In this document: piece by piece, positions 1 through 14,614 of the stretch
Layout: each line of letters starts with the position of its first letter
How positions within the stretch are numbered: position 1 is the first letter of the stretch
NCBI GenBank assembly: GCA_965285935.1
Contig: OZ260663.1
Location: 34,906,001 to 34,970,000, forward strand
Direction of reading: 5' to 3'
Origin: Ophelia neglecta
Taxonomy: Eukaryota
Length of the DNA stretch: 64,000 nucleotides
The notes under the pieces: model-generated
The model's database searches: none
What the model was told of the DNA's origin: nothing
What the model saw: only the letters and a program-made list of their open reading frames with translations
Translations under genes and position numbers: made by a program

Positions 1-924
1 ACCCCTTCTCTTACAGGTTGTTTCTTACAGGTAATTGATGAGCCTCGGCCCCAGTTAGCAAACACCTGACAGGGGAGTCTTCCTGACCTTTCTCGTTGTA
101 TAACGAAGCCATTCATCTTCGGCGACTGTCCCGGGACATGTCCCTTGGACTGTTTGTCATGGTGTCACTTGCCTAGACCCTCCTCTCCTGACGAACTGCT
201 TTGATAATCGAAAGCGGATGCTCCTCATACATAACGACTCCGAGCATGGCCTCAAACCTACTGGTTGCTCACTTCAAAGATTAGAGAATTTCTCTCAATG
301 AGAAAGTATAATATGGATGTTCCATTTCAATGGGGATGAGGGGGTTAAGTTCCCAAAACTCCCCCAGAGATGCGGCACACCCCACATTTTGAACGGCTCG
401 TTTTAGGTGGCCGAAGGGGGGGGGGTTGGGTTCTGGGACATCCCCCCCCTTCTCTCCCTCCCCAAATGGACCTGCCAATGCTGTGTGTTATTGTATCCAA
501 ACAGTACACAAGAGAGTGTATGAGTATGGTGGGTCGCGATCCGGCCATTAGCCAGCGAGCTTTAATGGACCTGACAAGGAAGAGATCCGTCTAAGCCTAG
601 AACTTTTGAAAGATCTATCAGGGCTCTAAGCTCCATGTCAAGCCTAACTACAGGCCAGTTGTCCAGTGTCGAGAATGGAATAAGGGGTATAAATGTTGAT
701 ATATGACAGGCACGAGGACTGTTTAATAATTACCAAAGGCTGGCCCTAAACTACCTTCAAAGTAAATGGTAATGATATAAATGAGCAAAAAGTCTGCGGA
801 CTCGAATGTCGAATACGTTCCACGCTGTACAATTTATTGACTCACAAAGGCTTGTTCCCTTTTTTACATGGGGCCTTGAGAGAAAAACAAACACCTGATT
901 GTCTCAAAAATTTGGAACAGGTGT

Positions 925-1470
925 TTCGAAACAACTCTTGCAGGTAGTGAGGAACTAGACCTCTGAAACAGTTGTAGGCTAGAAATCCAATCTAGAAATC
1001 ACCCCTTTACCGGAAGCCAGTGCAGGCCTTTTACCACGGGTGTAATAAGACGCCTGTCATTAGCACCGGCGAGTAGTATTGCTGCAGAGTTCTGGACTAG
1101 CTGAAGCTTCCTCAATAGTGTATCAGGGAAGTCCAAAGAGGGTTGAGGTCGTTCAATTTGGATGTAATGAACGCATGAACTAGCGTCTCAAGAGCAGGCT
1201 GGGTAAGGTGCTTGTTTATTTTTATCTTACGGCGCTGAAAGAATGAAGCTTGGCATGGTATCTTGATATATATAGCCAAGGAGCCACTCGTTGCATAGTT
1301 TAACCGATGTACCTTGCGTTTTTGGCAGCCTCGACACGCGCGCTCCAATGGAAATGGCTGGATAAAGAATTGAATAATTGGTTTGGTTGTATGTGGACCA
1401 AGAGTTCTGTTTTACTGACAATTATATTCAAGAAGTTGTTGGCCATCCATGAACGAATATCAATGCTAGT
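925..1470 (-). mobile_element. Decayed L2/CR1-group LINE ORF2 (RT C-terminal region) fragment
   Basis: Frameshifted minus-strand peptides in the expected order: IDIRSWMANNFLNIIVSKTELLV; KINKHLTQPALETLVHAFITSKL; KLQLVQNSAA...ITPVVKGLHWLPV; GFLAYNCFRGLVPHYLQELF. These match the L2-type W-M-x2-N-x-L..KTE, LVHA..SRLDY, LQ-x-VQN-x-AAR and LHWLPV motifs. Confidence 0.85.
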
Positions 1471-2912
1471 AGTGCGTGATTATATGAATCTATTGTTAGA
1501 ATTCGATTACAATTTATTTTATACCCTCAGAATCTCTTTCAGTTGTTTTAGCTAATGAATAGGCCTAGAATATCGCAGCGATATCTAAATTTCAAATATG
1601 CTCATTCACGCTTTGCGTCCATAGCAGTGGACTTGTATTTGTTCCATTATTTCGTGAATTTCCATTTTCTATGTGCTCTTTTTGGCAAAATATCTAGCAG
1701 CAGCTAGACGTAGCCATGCAGTTTTTTTTTACCATACTTAAAATGTGCAATGCAGTAATACTAATCATTATATTTTGTAAAAGTAGTGTTATATGCTCTA
1801 TGTTCAGTTGAATAGCCTAATAGATATGCTCTGCTAAGGCTGGTAGAGTGACCATCCACTGGGTACCTCTAGTTCTAGTTGAAAAAAATATCAGATAACC
1901 CTTCTCTTGACTAAATGCGCCAAGTAAGACCGACATATCACAAAGTACCATACAGATGTAGCATTCGGATGCGTGGAGAAAGATCTTGAGGATAGGGATG
2001 GTCGTATTTTCCGGACCTAACATAAAAAACGACAGTGAATGCCCGACCGAGAATAAAATATTAACCAAAAAAGCCCATTAAATCGGCCTGAACACAAGAC
2101 GAGAGATTGATGTGAGGGGAAACTGGCATTAAATTCCCTAGAGAGAGTTACAAATCATTGCTTTTGTAAAGTGAACTAACCACGCTTTTATTCACTGGAT
2201 ACGTGCATCTGCAACATACGATGTTAAATTTGCACACTTAAAAGGCACAGTTTATAACTTTAGGCATGCTCAACACTTTGGCAAGCTTCCGCCAATTACA
2301 TGAAAGTGAATAATTTTCCAGTCATTGGGCCTACTCCGTGCATCGGAGGTTTGTTGATCCAAAATGTCGGTTTATATTTATATAGTTATATCCTACCTAA
2401 CAGGCTACGTCGAGAATACACCATGGCCCAGATTAATTATGAAGTGTGTTTCAACTTGGTAGATAATATTTCCTTTTTTTCATTGTATTAATCTAACTGT
2501 TTTTCTAGTCCCTCGTTTTTTATAACTAGCTACTCGGTTTTCAACTCGCTCGTCGCCGCCCGACCAATTTATTCTCTCCAATTTCATCTACACAAAAGGT
2601 CTGGCAAATGGTAGCAATTTATGTTGAAATGTCACCCAGTGGTTATTAACATAAATGTATGGCTTGGCTTAACCTAAAAAAGAAACTTAATGCAAGGAAA
2701 AAAAACAGAAAAAAGGATGACTACCATATAATGTATACATATATAACGTTACATAAAATTATTCACTTAAAATTAATTTCACTACGTGATAAATGAATGT
2801 ATAATAATTTCAAGACAGGCGTAAGCAGTTGTTATTATATATAACCGTGATGATGGAGACAAAAGATGAACAACAACCAACGGGAGACATATATGGCAAT
2901 CTTGTAGTCTTA

Positions 2913-3075
2913 NNNNNNNNNNNNNNNNNNNNNNNNNNNNNNNNNNNNNNNNNNNNNNNNNNNNNNNNNNNNNNNNNNNNNNNNNNNNNNNNNNNNNNNN
3001 NNNNNNNNNNNNNNNNNNNNNNNNNNNNNNNNNNNNNNNNNNNNNNNNNNNNNNNNNNNNNNNNNNNNNNNNNNN
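2913..3075. other. Assembly gap (163 N)
   Basis: Run of N bases. Confidence 0.99.
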
Positions 3076-6000
3076 CATCTCTCGCTCTTGTACATTAACT
3101 CCAAAGGGATACGGTTGTAATTAAAACCAACTTTTATCTCCAAATATATCACGATTGTAATGACAACACAATTAATTTCTCCGGCTGGTATGCTATTTGC
3201 CGGGCGAGTTGGTTCTATGTCGTATAGTTTACACATGTCCGGTGCTCCCTCGTCTAGCGTCGCGGACAGAACGCTGTACCCACATCGGAGACTTGGGTGT
3301 CGTGCTCGGGTAAACAGCTCCCGGATCCGGGTGATAACAAATTTTAAAGCGTCTAGGTCACAGAATCAATAACCTCAAACCAAACGGGCTTAAACAATCA
3401 GTTTCCATCAGCTAAAAACTGTGCTATGTACAGTACATAGAAATTACGATTATACCTCTAGGGTACAATTATGCAGTCTGAATGCATGAGTAATAGAAAA
3501 ATACCGTTTTTAAAATCTGTCTATTGCTTACATTTTGATGTTACAAATGCAAGGGGATACCCTCGTTTTGAATATATCAGTAAAGCCCTTTGTCACAACT
3601 TCGTCTACTTGTATCCCTCTTGCATTAAAATTGTAATGTTTAATGCATTATTTCGCCTCTGGTGAAAAACAAATCTGACAAAATCAAGGACAACATATGC
3701 CGTTTTCCTGTCCGCCATACAAAGCCTACCAACTTCGGCACAGGGAACCGGCAACAGAATTTAATTTGGCTGATGTTTTTGGTTCTCGACTTCCTCTATT
3801 GTTTGAGTCATGGTGTGCCCGTTTATCCACACTTGGCCATGATTCCCCGGCCCGCGGGGACTTCCAGGGCTCGTGATTATGAATACTTCTCTCGAGTATC
3901 CTATCATGGATATTGGTTCCCAGCTTTTGTAATTTGTCTTGTTTCGGAAATTTTATGTTGGAGCTGGTCCCGACAGGGCCTGCTGCACAAATAATCAAAA
4001 TTCTACAGAGCACCGCCTGCCAGTTTGCATGTACAGCAGAGCTCAAAGGATGAGCTGGGCTTTCGGGGGCTCTTTTTGTGAATAATAAAACAATGCATCG
4101 GATATATCCTAGGTCTTCGTATAGTCCCAATTGGACACCAGTGAGCACTACTCTATGAATTATGCTTTCTAGTTCCCAGGGTACGCTTAGATCAAACTAT
4201 ATCAGACATTGAGGCCACAACTTTCAGGACAAATGTGGTTATTGGTATTAGAAATAGTGTAGAAATTCAACTGCATATGCAATATCATAAACAAAAATAA
4301 ATGCAATGTCTATATTAACAAAACATCCATTTGTGCAGAGTGCCAAGGACTATTTTACACTACCTCAGGAGTTAACTGATAGTCCTGAACTAAATTTCAC
4401 GAGGATAAACAAGATATAATATCATGTTGTCAACCAATTATAGATATGTGTTTTGAAATTTTAAGAAGAAAAAATGCATAAAAAATTCCCCTTCTGAAGG
4501 ATAAAAAAATAAAGCCAATTTCAGGGAGTGATGAAATGTTTTTGGCGTTCATGCATGCTTAAGCTAAGCTCCTAAATATCTAGTTGAAATCTCCAACGTT
4601 GATTGGCTAGGTCTAATTTTATAATTCTTGATAGGCCTAACACGGCTTCCAATGGCTTTATCTAACAATTCCGGAGGGAAGACTTGTGACGCAGATGCAT
4701 GCAAAGAAAGTAAATTGACAGCAAATGATGCGATAAGTTTTCTTATCAGGCAAGCAACAAACCAAATTTATATAGTACTAAAGTATACAATTAGAACAGA
4801 ATGCTGAATTGCCCAGCGTAAAGGCTTATACATAGTGATTTATAAAATACATATACAATGTTTTATTGCAAATGAAACGCTAAAGCTACAAATTGGTTTG
4901 GAATTAAAGGCAAGCTAGGGAAATAGGCATAACACAGAGTGCGCAATGGGGGCCCGACCATGCCTTAAGGATCGGTATCTCTCTCACAAGAAATTAGAGC
5001 AAATCTCCAGCTACTTTGATAGTAATCTCCCAGACTGCAGTCGGACTCCTAAAATGGCCCAGTCGAAGCCAGTCAGCCGGCGAGGAGACGCACTATTTTT
5101 AGTCGCAAAGACAATCGCGTATGATTGTGTGGGAGCAGCGAAGAATGAAGGGAATAAAAAACCTGATTGAGTCATTGCTAGCTGTGGAGCACAGTCGATT
5201 TCCACTTTTAAGTCCATATATTCATTCCCCCTTTGCCTGCAGATTTGAATGTCAGTGATTAGATATCTGAAGGACCGGGGAGCCACAAAAGACATTCCTG
5301 AAGGGTGCAAAAGGCCCGACCATAATGGATACCACGAGTGCCTCTTTTGTTAGTGGGACAGACTTATCAAAGATGGCAAGGCCGTCCTGGCTTTGCAGGT
5401 AGAACGCTCGTAAATGGGAACCTGTACGAGATGGTACTTGTTGAGAGAAGAGGAGAGCGAAATATCTTGAGAAAAGGGTGATAAATTAAGACAAACTATT
5501 TGGAACCGCCATCTGGTAGGACACCTAGATCGAGACATCAAAGATGTCAGTAGTGTGACTCCACGCCAGTGATGGAAGGAAAAAATCACCTTCCTTTAAA
5601 TCAATAGTCAACGCATCAGGAGAGGAACCGGCTGTCGACGGGACCTCTTCACTTTCTCACAAGCGCTAAAATCTGGCGGCACATCTGCAAATTGAATAAG
5701 CCATTGCTGACAATGTATCGTGGTTCACGTCTGAAGCCTCCAAATTGTTCATAAAAATGGGATAAATGAAGCGACCCGCCCCGACCTTTTGATTTCGGGG
5801 TGGCAAGAGGCGTCATTTATTTTACCTCCCTGGGAGACACGTCGGTCAGATATGGTGGAATATTCCTCTGAATGGGAAGTCTACCGACCGCTAACAAATT
5901 GAACAATGATATGGAATCGACCCGACAGTTCCGCTCTGGGACCCACCGCCCCTCCATGTTCATTTTGAACCAGCCGTCTCAATCGTCTATGGTATGACTT

Positions 6001-7221
6001 GGGTAATCAAGATGCATTATTCTGAAATTAATCCCTTAAGAGTGAGAATCGACAGACTGAGAGAGGTTTATGGTCAGTACGATGTAAACTGTAGCAAAGG
6101 AAATATATGTATCATTGTATTTACAACATGTCTCCGGTTTTATCGCTCAGAAATTAAGGTCGTAATATAGGCTAAATATTTAATATATGTCTATATCATC
6201 TCCCTTTTCGGCGCCATGCGTAGTACTGAGATAATTCGCATGTTTTTACTAATGAGGTAACCTATCTGATTCTCATACTCGGACTTGATACCAGCTAGAA
6301 TAAAATCGACCAACACTGCAGGTCACTCCTAGCTGGGCGTTGCCACATTGCGCGATCTGCGCAAATCGGATATGCCCACTCCCGGATATGCGATATTGTG
6401 TACGCAAACAAAAAACGTCCACACCAAATATGGACCAACTGGTATATTGACTGACCAGTAAATTTGAGCACAATCTCTTAGACAATAATTTTCACTATAT
6501 GTAATGGAAGAGAAAATATTGAAACAGCTAATGGAATGGAGGTTTTGCCCTCTTAGGAGAACTTTGTCAAAGCTTCGGCCGGGTTCATATTAATGCAACA
6601 GACACATTGCTGTTTCCAAAATAGATTTGCTGTGAGAAAACATCAAATGCAGAGATGATGCCTAATACTTTTGCAATAGGAGAATTTAGCCTTGTAATAA
6701 TAGAGAAATCGACCGCCATGAACAAATAATGTATAAAAACAGAATAACCATCTCTAAGCACTCTGTCAATCTCATAACATTAGAAATATTGATGATTGTG
6801 GTGTATTCGATTGCTACCAAATGGATGTGAGCGACCCCGATGTGGTTTCGTGCTTTTTCCTTGTTTGCACTTGATTAGAAGGCACGCAACACTCACAAAT
6901 CTCATCACATGAAAAAAAGATATCTGAAACAAAGGCTTGATGTGCTCGGATCATGAAAACTCTATTGATAATTATTTTTGAAGGGCAAAAAAAAAAAACT
7001 TTTTAAAGGAAATCTAATATAAATTTTCTACAAGGCAATATGTCAACAGTCTGAATGACGCCAATGTAATTATTTTTTTTCGTGAAATCAGCTTATACAA
7101 CGGTGTACAGAAAACATGGTACCTCTTAATTTTAATAATATTTCCCAAAATATTTATACTAGACAGGTATATATTAGGGGCGATTTGATCATTCACCAGA
7201 TTACCTCGCGAGTTTACGAAG

Positions 7222-7379
7222 TACAATGAAGCCTCTCTATTCAGGTCAGTTAGGGACTGGAAAAAAATAACATTATGTAGGTGTCCTTAATAGGCAGGTT
7301 AATTAACACAGGCATGAATGTGGATTGGGCTATTATTTAGTGACCTTATTGGATATGTGGCCACACAGGTTTTACTGTA
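7222..7379. mobile_element. Degenerate Tc1/mariner-pogo-type MITE (family A relative)
   Basis: TA-CAATGAAGCCT...CAGGTTTTACTG-TA termini, with internal AGGGACTGGAAAA and GGCAGGTT shared with the copies at 14.6, 30.5 and 31.6 kb. Confidence 0.5.
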
Positions 7380-7590
7380 TATACACGTAAAGAAAAAACT
7401 ATTAAGAAAGCTCTTTTGTATTCAAAATAACGCATCGCTACAGTCATTCAATCGAACTCGATGTAGGACTATACTGATATTTGGAGCACTGCAAAATTGG
7501 TTAAAGGTGTTGGGCGATTATGTGATGACAAATGGTAGGCGGTGGTAGTCAATTCTAATTATTGCGGTGATTCAAGTGTCGCTTGGCCAT

Positions 7591-7682
7591 AATGTACAAT
7601 CTGCATAATTATCAATGTACAATCTGCATAATTATCAATGTACGATCTGCATAATTATCATTGTACGATCTGCATAATTATC
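7591..7682. repeat. Minisatellite, 4 x 23 bp (AATGTACAATCTGCATAATTATC)
   Basis: Four near-perfect copies start at 7591, 7614, 7637 and 7660. Confidence 0.95.
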
Positions 7683-8929
7683 ATATTAAAGTTTCTTTTT
7701 ATTTACATATAGTTTTCTATGATTCACTTCTTATAAACTGCGAAATATGTACATGTATAGGCTGTTAAGTGTTTATTACTACTTAACATACTCGTCTGAT
7801 GGGATCATAAAAAAGTCTCCTTAAATGACATAGTTATATTTAATTGTCCTGTCCTGATGTTATAATTGTATCCACTGTACTTAGGATCGTTTGAAGCATT
7901 TATTTGTCCGTTTACTTATAAAGGGGCATTTTTCCAAATAGCATACAAAAGTCCCGGATGGTATGAAAAACGTCAGATTTGGCAATATCAAGTTGATTTG
8001 GTAATGTTATACATGAAACTGTTGGATATTGAATGCACAATTGTTTGATATATATCAAAAGAGTAACTAAGACAGACTTTTACATAACCTATTAGCATAT
8101 TTGTTTTGAAATATATCATTGGTTTTCATTTTCCTATTTGATGGCATTTGAAACTTATTAATGTATTATCATTCAGTTACACAGAATAGTTTTCGTCTAA
8201 TGGCTAATATGGTAATAACAATTTTAGCTTGACGAATCAATAGTATTCACATAACAAATATGAAGTTTTTACCAGTAAAAGTATCCGTAGGATCGAGGAT
8301 AGTGCGTCCATAAACAAGTTGAGCTATAATTCATCAGTGTCTGAATGCACAGCTTTTCATAATTTTGAAAAATCTTCACACAAAGTGGTATTTGTTTAGT
8401 TATCCTTTCCATAAATAGATTTTTTGGGGAAATTTTTGGGAATTTTTTTTGTCAATATTTCGCCACTTGTAAGCTGAAATGTAAAAGTTAAATATTGTAA
8501 AAGACAGGAGAGGCCTACCTTAAATAACTACTGATACATTCCCTAACATTATTCTGTACTCAAATCGCATACTATTAAACTGATTTGACAGGTCTTAAAT
8601 ACAGTACAGCTACATCCAGGCCGCTACTTAAAACCTTTATAAAATTCACTGAAACGGTTTCACCGGTACCTTAACTCACTTATTTAAAGCGCCTGGCTTC
8701 ATCCCGTGATGGAGTGAGTAGGTCAGGGTGATCCCTATCTCAGGCAGGGGTGGGGAGGGGGGGGGGATTCAGGTGCCATGATTTTTTTACGACCCCTACC
8801 CCTTCAGACTATCTAAGAGGAATGGTTATTCCTATATACCCCCCCCCCCTCGCTATCGTTTCCGCTCGCTTGATAAACCTTATCTAAACTGGCACACAAA
8901 CATCCCTCTTCGCTTTTATTTTCCCCCTA

Positions 8930-9225
8930 AGACTAGTTTTTTTTATCTTGCCAGTGTGTTCGTGTCTGCCTGTCGAACTGGTATGCTCTAAACCATATAT
9001 AACTCAACAACTACTGGTCCGGTATTGACAAATTTGGTGAGAAGGTGGACAGCCAACAGAACACAAATAAAAACAATTTTGGTTGACCTCCTACAGGTCT
9101 AAGGTCACGATGCCTTTTTGAAAAACAAAGCACAGTCATTTATAAAGTTCTAGGACACGGCATCATTTTGAATTCTGATGTGATAATATTTTCGTGACCG
9201 TACTAGTCTTGGTACCATTTTTATT
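8930..9225 (+). mobile_element. Possible non-autonomous Helentron/HINE-like interspersed element remnant
   Basis: The layout T-run, GTGTCTGCCTGT-like microsatellite core, AACTCAACAACTACTGGTCCG..AAATTTGGT, TGACC/AAGGTCA motifs, CTAGT resembles invertebrate HINE/DINE-like elements. Recognised by pattern only. Confidence 0.3.
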
Positions 9226-11729
9226 ATCTCTGGAAGGATGTCACAGCTTTATGCCCCTCTCCCACCTCATCTGATGATGTCGCAAGTTTTGCCCCATCCC
9301 CCGCAGATACAAAAGCCGATTACCAAACCATAAGTTTAAAAAAAACGCAGACGTCACGTCTGAAGACTAATACCCCTCTAATACTCCTGTCCTCAACAAA
9401 AAGTGCATTTCTACAAGCTGCCAACGACCTTTGCAAATTTTATTCAGGAGGAAGCAAGCTATTAAATATAAGACAGATATATTGGTGTTGATTAAGTCCA
9501 CGACCCTCATACAACTATGCGCCCTATATGTAGGTAATTGAATGACGTCACATTCATGTGTCAGCGCTTATTAATCCTGATGGGTTTTGATAAATATTTT
9601 AGACGCTGCGGCTATTATCGTCTGCGATAACAATGGCGGCAGAGGCGGACCCATCGCCTTTGACATCACCGTCGTGATTAGTTCTTTGTATCCGCTACTC
9701 TCTGTATATGAACGCCGAAGAAAGCTAAATAAAAATCTAAACCACCATTTGCCGAATGCATATTTACTTTAATAACATAGCGGGTGCCTTTTGCTTGTAA
9801 TGAGAATATCATATTTGATATTCGAGCAGGCTATCGATAGTGCTCCCACTGAACAGATATCCTAAAAGGGCGAGCGGGTAAACACTTGGTCGATCTCATG
9901 TCCAATCGCGGCAATTTATACCAATGTTAAACATCCAAATTGGGAACGAGATGACCAAATGGGGTGTCACATTTCATCATGGGTAGCGTTTTGTTCTATT
10001 CTGCAGCACGCCATTATGCAGATAACTCCGACCATGTCCACTGCATTTAGCAACCAATAGGGTGGAAATAAGACAACCGACCTTAATTTAATCTACACAC
10101 TACAACTGACTCATAGATCGAACAGAGGTGATTATAGATACAGGAAATAGGTCGCCCAGTTCAATATCAACAGAGCTTCATAAGTTCCACAGATCATTTA
10201 AAGGTTCGGATAATCTTTGCAACATTTTCCATACACCAAAAGCGTCTCTAACATAATGCTTGTAGCCATCTGTAGAGAATATAACACACCAGGGGCCTGG
10301 TTTTCTATCACACAATATATGATAATTGGTGGATCCATGCCATTGCAATCTACAGTGAGTATCGTACTCTCATTCTAATCCAGAATGACAGTCGCTACTG
10401 GCAAATCTCAATAAAGAAAAGCCATTGTTATAACTTGAGGCTATTATCAAACATGTTCACACAGAAAATCGCTATTATTTACTATATAAGGACTGTAGCA
10501 GTTACTAAATGCTCAAAGGAAGTCCATCAACATTTAGCTAATCTAGTTGCAATTTAAATTGGCTAAAACAAGCATAAAACATCTGTGCTTGCTATAATCT
10601 ATTTATAGTGCTGGCGTGCATAATACTCCAACTTTGAGACCTCCAAGGTCCCGCGTTTCCATACCGGAGTCGATCCAAGAACAGCCTCTCCATGCTGTCG
10701 TAATGGCGCCTACCAGCACCCTAGTGGCTCGGATCGAGTTAACCGCCCGTTTATACACTCCCCGCTCAATAAGAAGACTCAAATAGAAAATTAACCGCGC
10801 AATGCCAGTAGGCCCACTGACTGAAATACTAAACAGCTTTAACATGTGCAAAATGAATGCAGAATAACTTGTGCTGGTAAACTGATCCAAAAATATAACG
10901 GTTTTCTATCCTGGCTCACTAGGTTCCAGTGAAATTGTATGTGCTAAGGCGATGTTTGTTTCGATCTTTTTAAACCACCCTGAATAATTGGGTTAATATT
11001 TCTACAGATGTGATGTTTACTTGGGGCGATCGGGTGTCGTTTGGTCAACCCCGAGTCGTATTTACGGCATCTACATCAATTTCCGGTAGGAAGTAGAGCA
11101 CACGTGTAACAAACGATGAAGGCAACTCCCGCGGGGCTGGCGTCAATCTTGGAGCGGCGTGAACTTAGAGAATTACGAAGAACACCTCGAGTGCGTGCCC
11201 TTCACGCCTGAACATAATTAGATTCGACATTGAATATGTAACGACATATAAAGGACTCATTTTCGGTATATAGACCACTAAAGCCATTGTTGGTGCCCGA
11301 GCTATATCCTCGTTTTGAATGAGAGTGATAAAAGGGGAAATTTCTAAAATAAGTTAGCTTACGTTTCTCTGCAGGCTTAGAGAAATAAGTAGAGAAGAAA
11401 AGAACACTTCACATACACAACGTTATCAGTTAGATAGAAAGAGAAGTGACAACAGAAATTTCTTTGGAAGGTGGTGACTTTTCCTTAAAGTGGCACCTTT
11501 CCGTTTGGTGGTTAAATTCTGTTGATGGATTAGAATTTACAATTTTTAAAGCTAAAGTGTCCTGTTTCTACAACAAGAAGACAATTCAGCCAAGAAATAA
11601 ATAGAAATGTATTGTGAATAATACAATGGTCTCCCATATGCATTTATTACATTGCCTATAGACACACGATTGGTCTGGGCTGCCAAAAACAGAAAGTGCG
11701 ACATTTGTGATATCATAGACTGTACTTAC

Positions 11730-11824
11730 CTGTAAACCTGTATACGGTCGTCTGCCACACTGCTACCATCGAGTTTTACTTATCGTCTGGGGCTCTTTTA
11801 GGCACTGCAGCCCCTACTTTTATA
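11730..11824 (-). promoter_or_regulatory. Candidate TATA promoter plus short non-coding first exon of a leftward gene
   Basis: TATAAAAG at 11824-11817 predicts a TSS near 11794. A ~65-nt exon then ends in a perfect donor CAG|GTAAGT at 11730/11729. A GC-rich upstream region includes the palindromic E-box GCCACGTGGC (12121-12130). Confidence 0.45.
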
Positions 11825-14614
11825 CTCCTTGTGTGTCTGACTTGAGTTAATGGCATTTGCTCATCCCATTACAGGTAGTTCCCTCTCGGTATGGCTACCA
11901 CGCAACTTGGTCTGCTGTGAAGGTTCCATGCTTCAACCTGTGTAGCAGTGTGAAGTCGTCTGGCGGAGATCTGCTCCATGAGCGTCTGTTCTGGCCGGTG
12001 AAGACAGCAGCCTGGGCGGCGACTAGTCAAGGAGCGAAGCAGCGCCCGTATCCCATGAAACAGCAGTTGTAGGGACAGTAGAAGGTCGTATCCCAGTCAA
12101 TAAGCCCCTGGCTGACTGCGGCCACGTGGCTCAGTGCTCAATAGGCCCGCCGTCCAAGCTTTTAGGCAGCGCAGGCTCAATTAACTGCCTTCTATAAAAT
12201 ACTTTATGGCTTTCTGTTGGAACATTCAACACATTTCACGCTTAATGTGGACCCCAAACTCCTGTCCTGTACGTCGTTGATAAAGAGACAAGGCATAATT
12301 GGAAAATCAAGGAAAGCAAAGAATAAATACCTCATTGAGCGAATAGGAATAGCTTAGAGTCTTGACTTGCGGCTATAGTTTTACCAAGAGCAGCACACTT
12401 GGTCTAATTTTATATAAGATACATGATATAGTGCCATTCCTGTATCCCCTTCTTCTAGATGATATTTTGCTCGTATGAGTTTACGTAAGTAAGCAATAAT
12501 ATTAGTGCTGTGGTATCAATGTATGTAAATAAACTCCACAGGGACTGGTATACGTTTTGTAAGAGAAGTCCTTCTTATCTCTGTTGGTCGGTGCTGGTAT
12601 GGTGGAACTTTCTAAACGAGTCTTGGAGCATGTTTACTCCCGACCAGACTGTAAACGCGTTTCGGGTCTTATCGCATGCAAATGTAATGTTCCGAATGGT
12701 AAAATAATAAAATATCACCTCAAAGGAGTTATGAAGCCGGTACTAGCCACAAGGGAGATATGCATGGCCTCAGATAGAGACCCCTGCAGGGACCGGGCGC
12801 TGACAGGGTCAGGTATATTCATCTGTGGTTTCTAATATTCCTGGGCACATCTGGTTTGCATGGCAAAACTACGTGTTCAGTATATATCTTGTAACTATAT
12901 ATGATAATCCCTATGCTCGAAATTGCGTAGAAATACATGATCATTTGCCCCTGTAAATGTCAAAATCCATTATCTCAACAGGTGTTTGCTAATGGCCATC
13001 ACACATTACATCTACAGGTCTATTTTTTCGCATTCATTATGCCACAGGGTGAACAACCCTACCAAACATTCCTACGCCAATTCCTGTTCAGGGACCTTAT
13101 TTCTTCCGAAAAGTGGAACCATCCGCTAAATTTCCATGGGTGACATAAAGCATTTCCCCCCAAGATCTCTTAAGTATGCAGCTAAGAAAAGCAAGATGAG
13201 GATTGCCAGGGTATATCTCTGTGAGCTTTTATGGCAAGCCATCAAACACTGACTTGCATATCGATGCAAATTATCCAACTATATAAAGGAGACACTCACC
13301 CGATTCAATATAATACGTAGGTTTTGCTCATAAAGAACAGTATTTTTAATGGTGATTGTTCTATTGGGCGATGTAGGGTAAAATTTAGTCGCTGTTGAGT
13401 CAGATAGACGAGTGGGTCCGAGCCCACCCCGCCCGTTTACGAGACTGATTCATTGCCACCGCCAATTGATGACCCACGCAGGAAATCAGGGGATGTCGGC
13501 GGATACGGCCGGGATAACAATCTAATGGAGGAAGATTTACACATCAAACTCACCCAACACTACTAATTGGGAATGCTTGGCCTTTTGATCATGACATAGA
13601 AAACAAGACGGATATATTTCCCAGGGAAATGCCTATTTACTGATGGCGGTTCGGCTAGTGTGGGGCAGCCTGCAAAAAGGTGGTATGGTAAAGACGGCAT
13701 GATTTAGCTCACGTAAAAACCGGCTTGACAGATGGCCGGCCACAAGGACATGATTTAGTCCTGTAATATAAGTCCCGGTGGCCTGTTTATCAACCGATTT
13801 CTTTTGTTTGCAAGACAATGTCCAGTTTTTTTCTGGACATTATGGTTGGGATGCGATATGACTGGTAGAGTTGATGATAGATGGGGCGGACGCTAGGAGT
13901 AATAGCCCGGTTGATGGCGGTAAGTTAGCTGGTGTGTCACATGACCCAGTATGGATTGATGGGAAGGATGTCCGGTGACCGAGCAGATGTTAGCACAGGA
14001 TCAGACGTCTAGCACTTTGTATTTTGCTCCTATACTCTGTGACCTGATCACGTGGTGGCAACCGACGTTGCCTATCTGAATCGGAATCTTCTCTCTATGG
14101 CTATGTATATATATAGGAGGGTAGTTAAACGTTCTACACGAGATTAGCTTTTGTGACTGCACAAGCAATAATACTTTAGTAAAATGTTTGAAAATGTGGC
14201 ACAGCTAATACCAACAAGCTCCATTTCTTTAGCTCAGCATGTTCTTGGCCTTCTTTGCCGATGACCACGAGCCAACCCCATCATGCCTATAGTTATTTGG
14301 AATATATATGTAAAAGTATTTATTGACTTTGCTGACGCTCCAACCCACCACCCTTGGACTACCACCACCTAGCCCAGCGATACCCGCGACTCTAACTATT
14401 GTGATTGAATATGTTAAGCACAGATGTTAGAGTCGCTGGGTTGTGGTACCGCAAGGGTTGTGGGTTCGAGGTCCAGCCATTCACCCAACATTTTTGAATT
14501 TTTAATGTAATAATTGAATTTGAAGATTTTGATTTCTGTTGTAGGTTTAAATAGGCTCCAATGGACAAGCCTATAATGAGAAAATATATCCTGCCTCGCA
14601 CTTAATATATATAA

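Noticed and set aside
3662-4148. 110-aa and 140-aa overlapping ORFs
   Set aside because: No recognisable motifs in the frames I examined.
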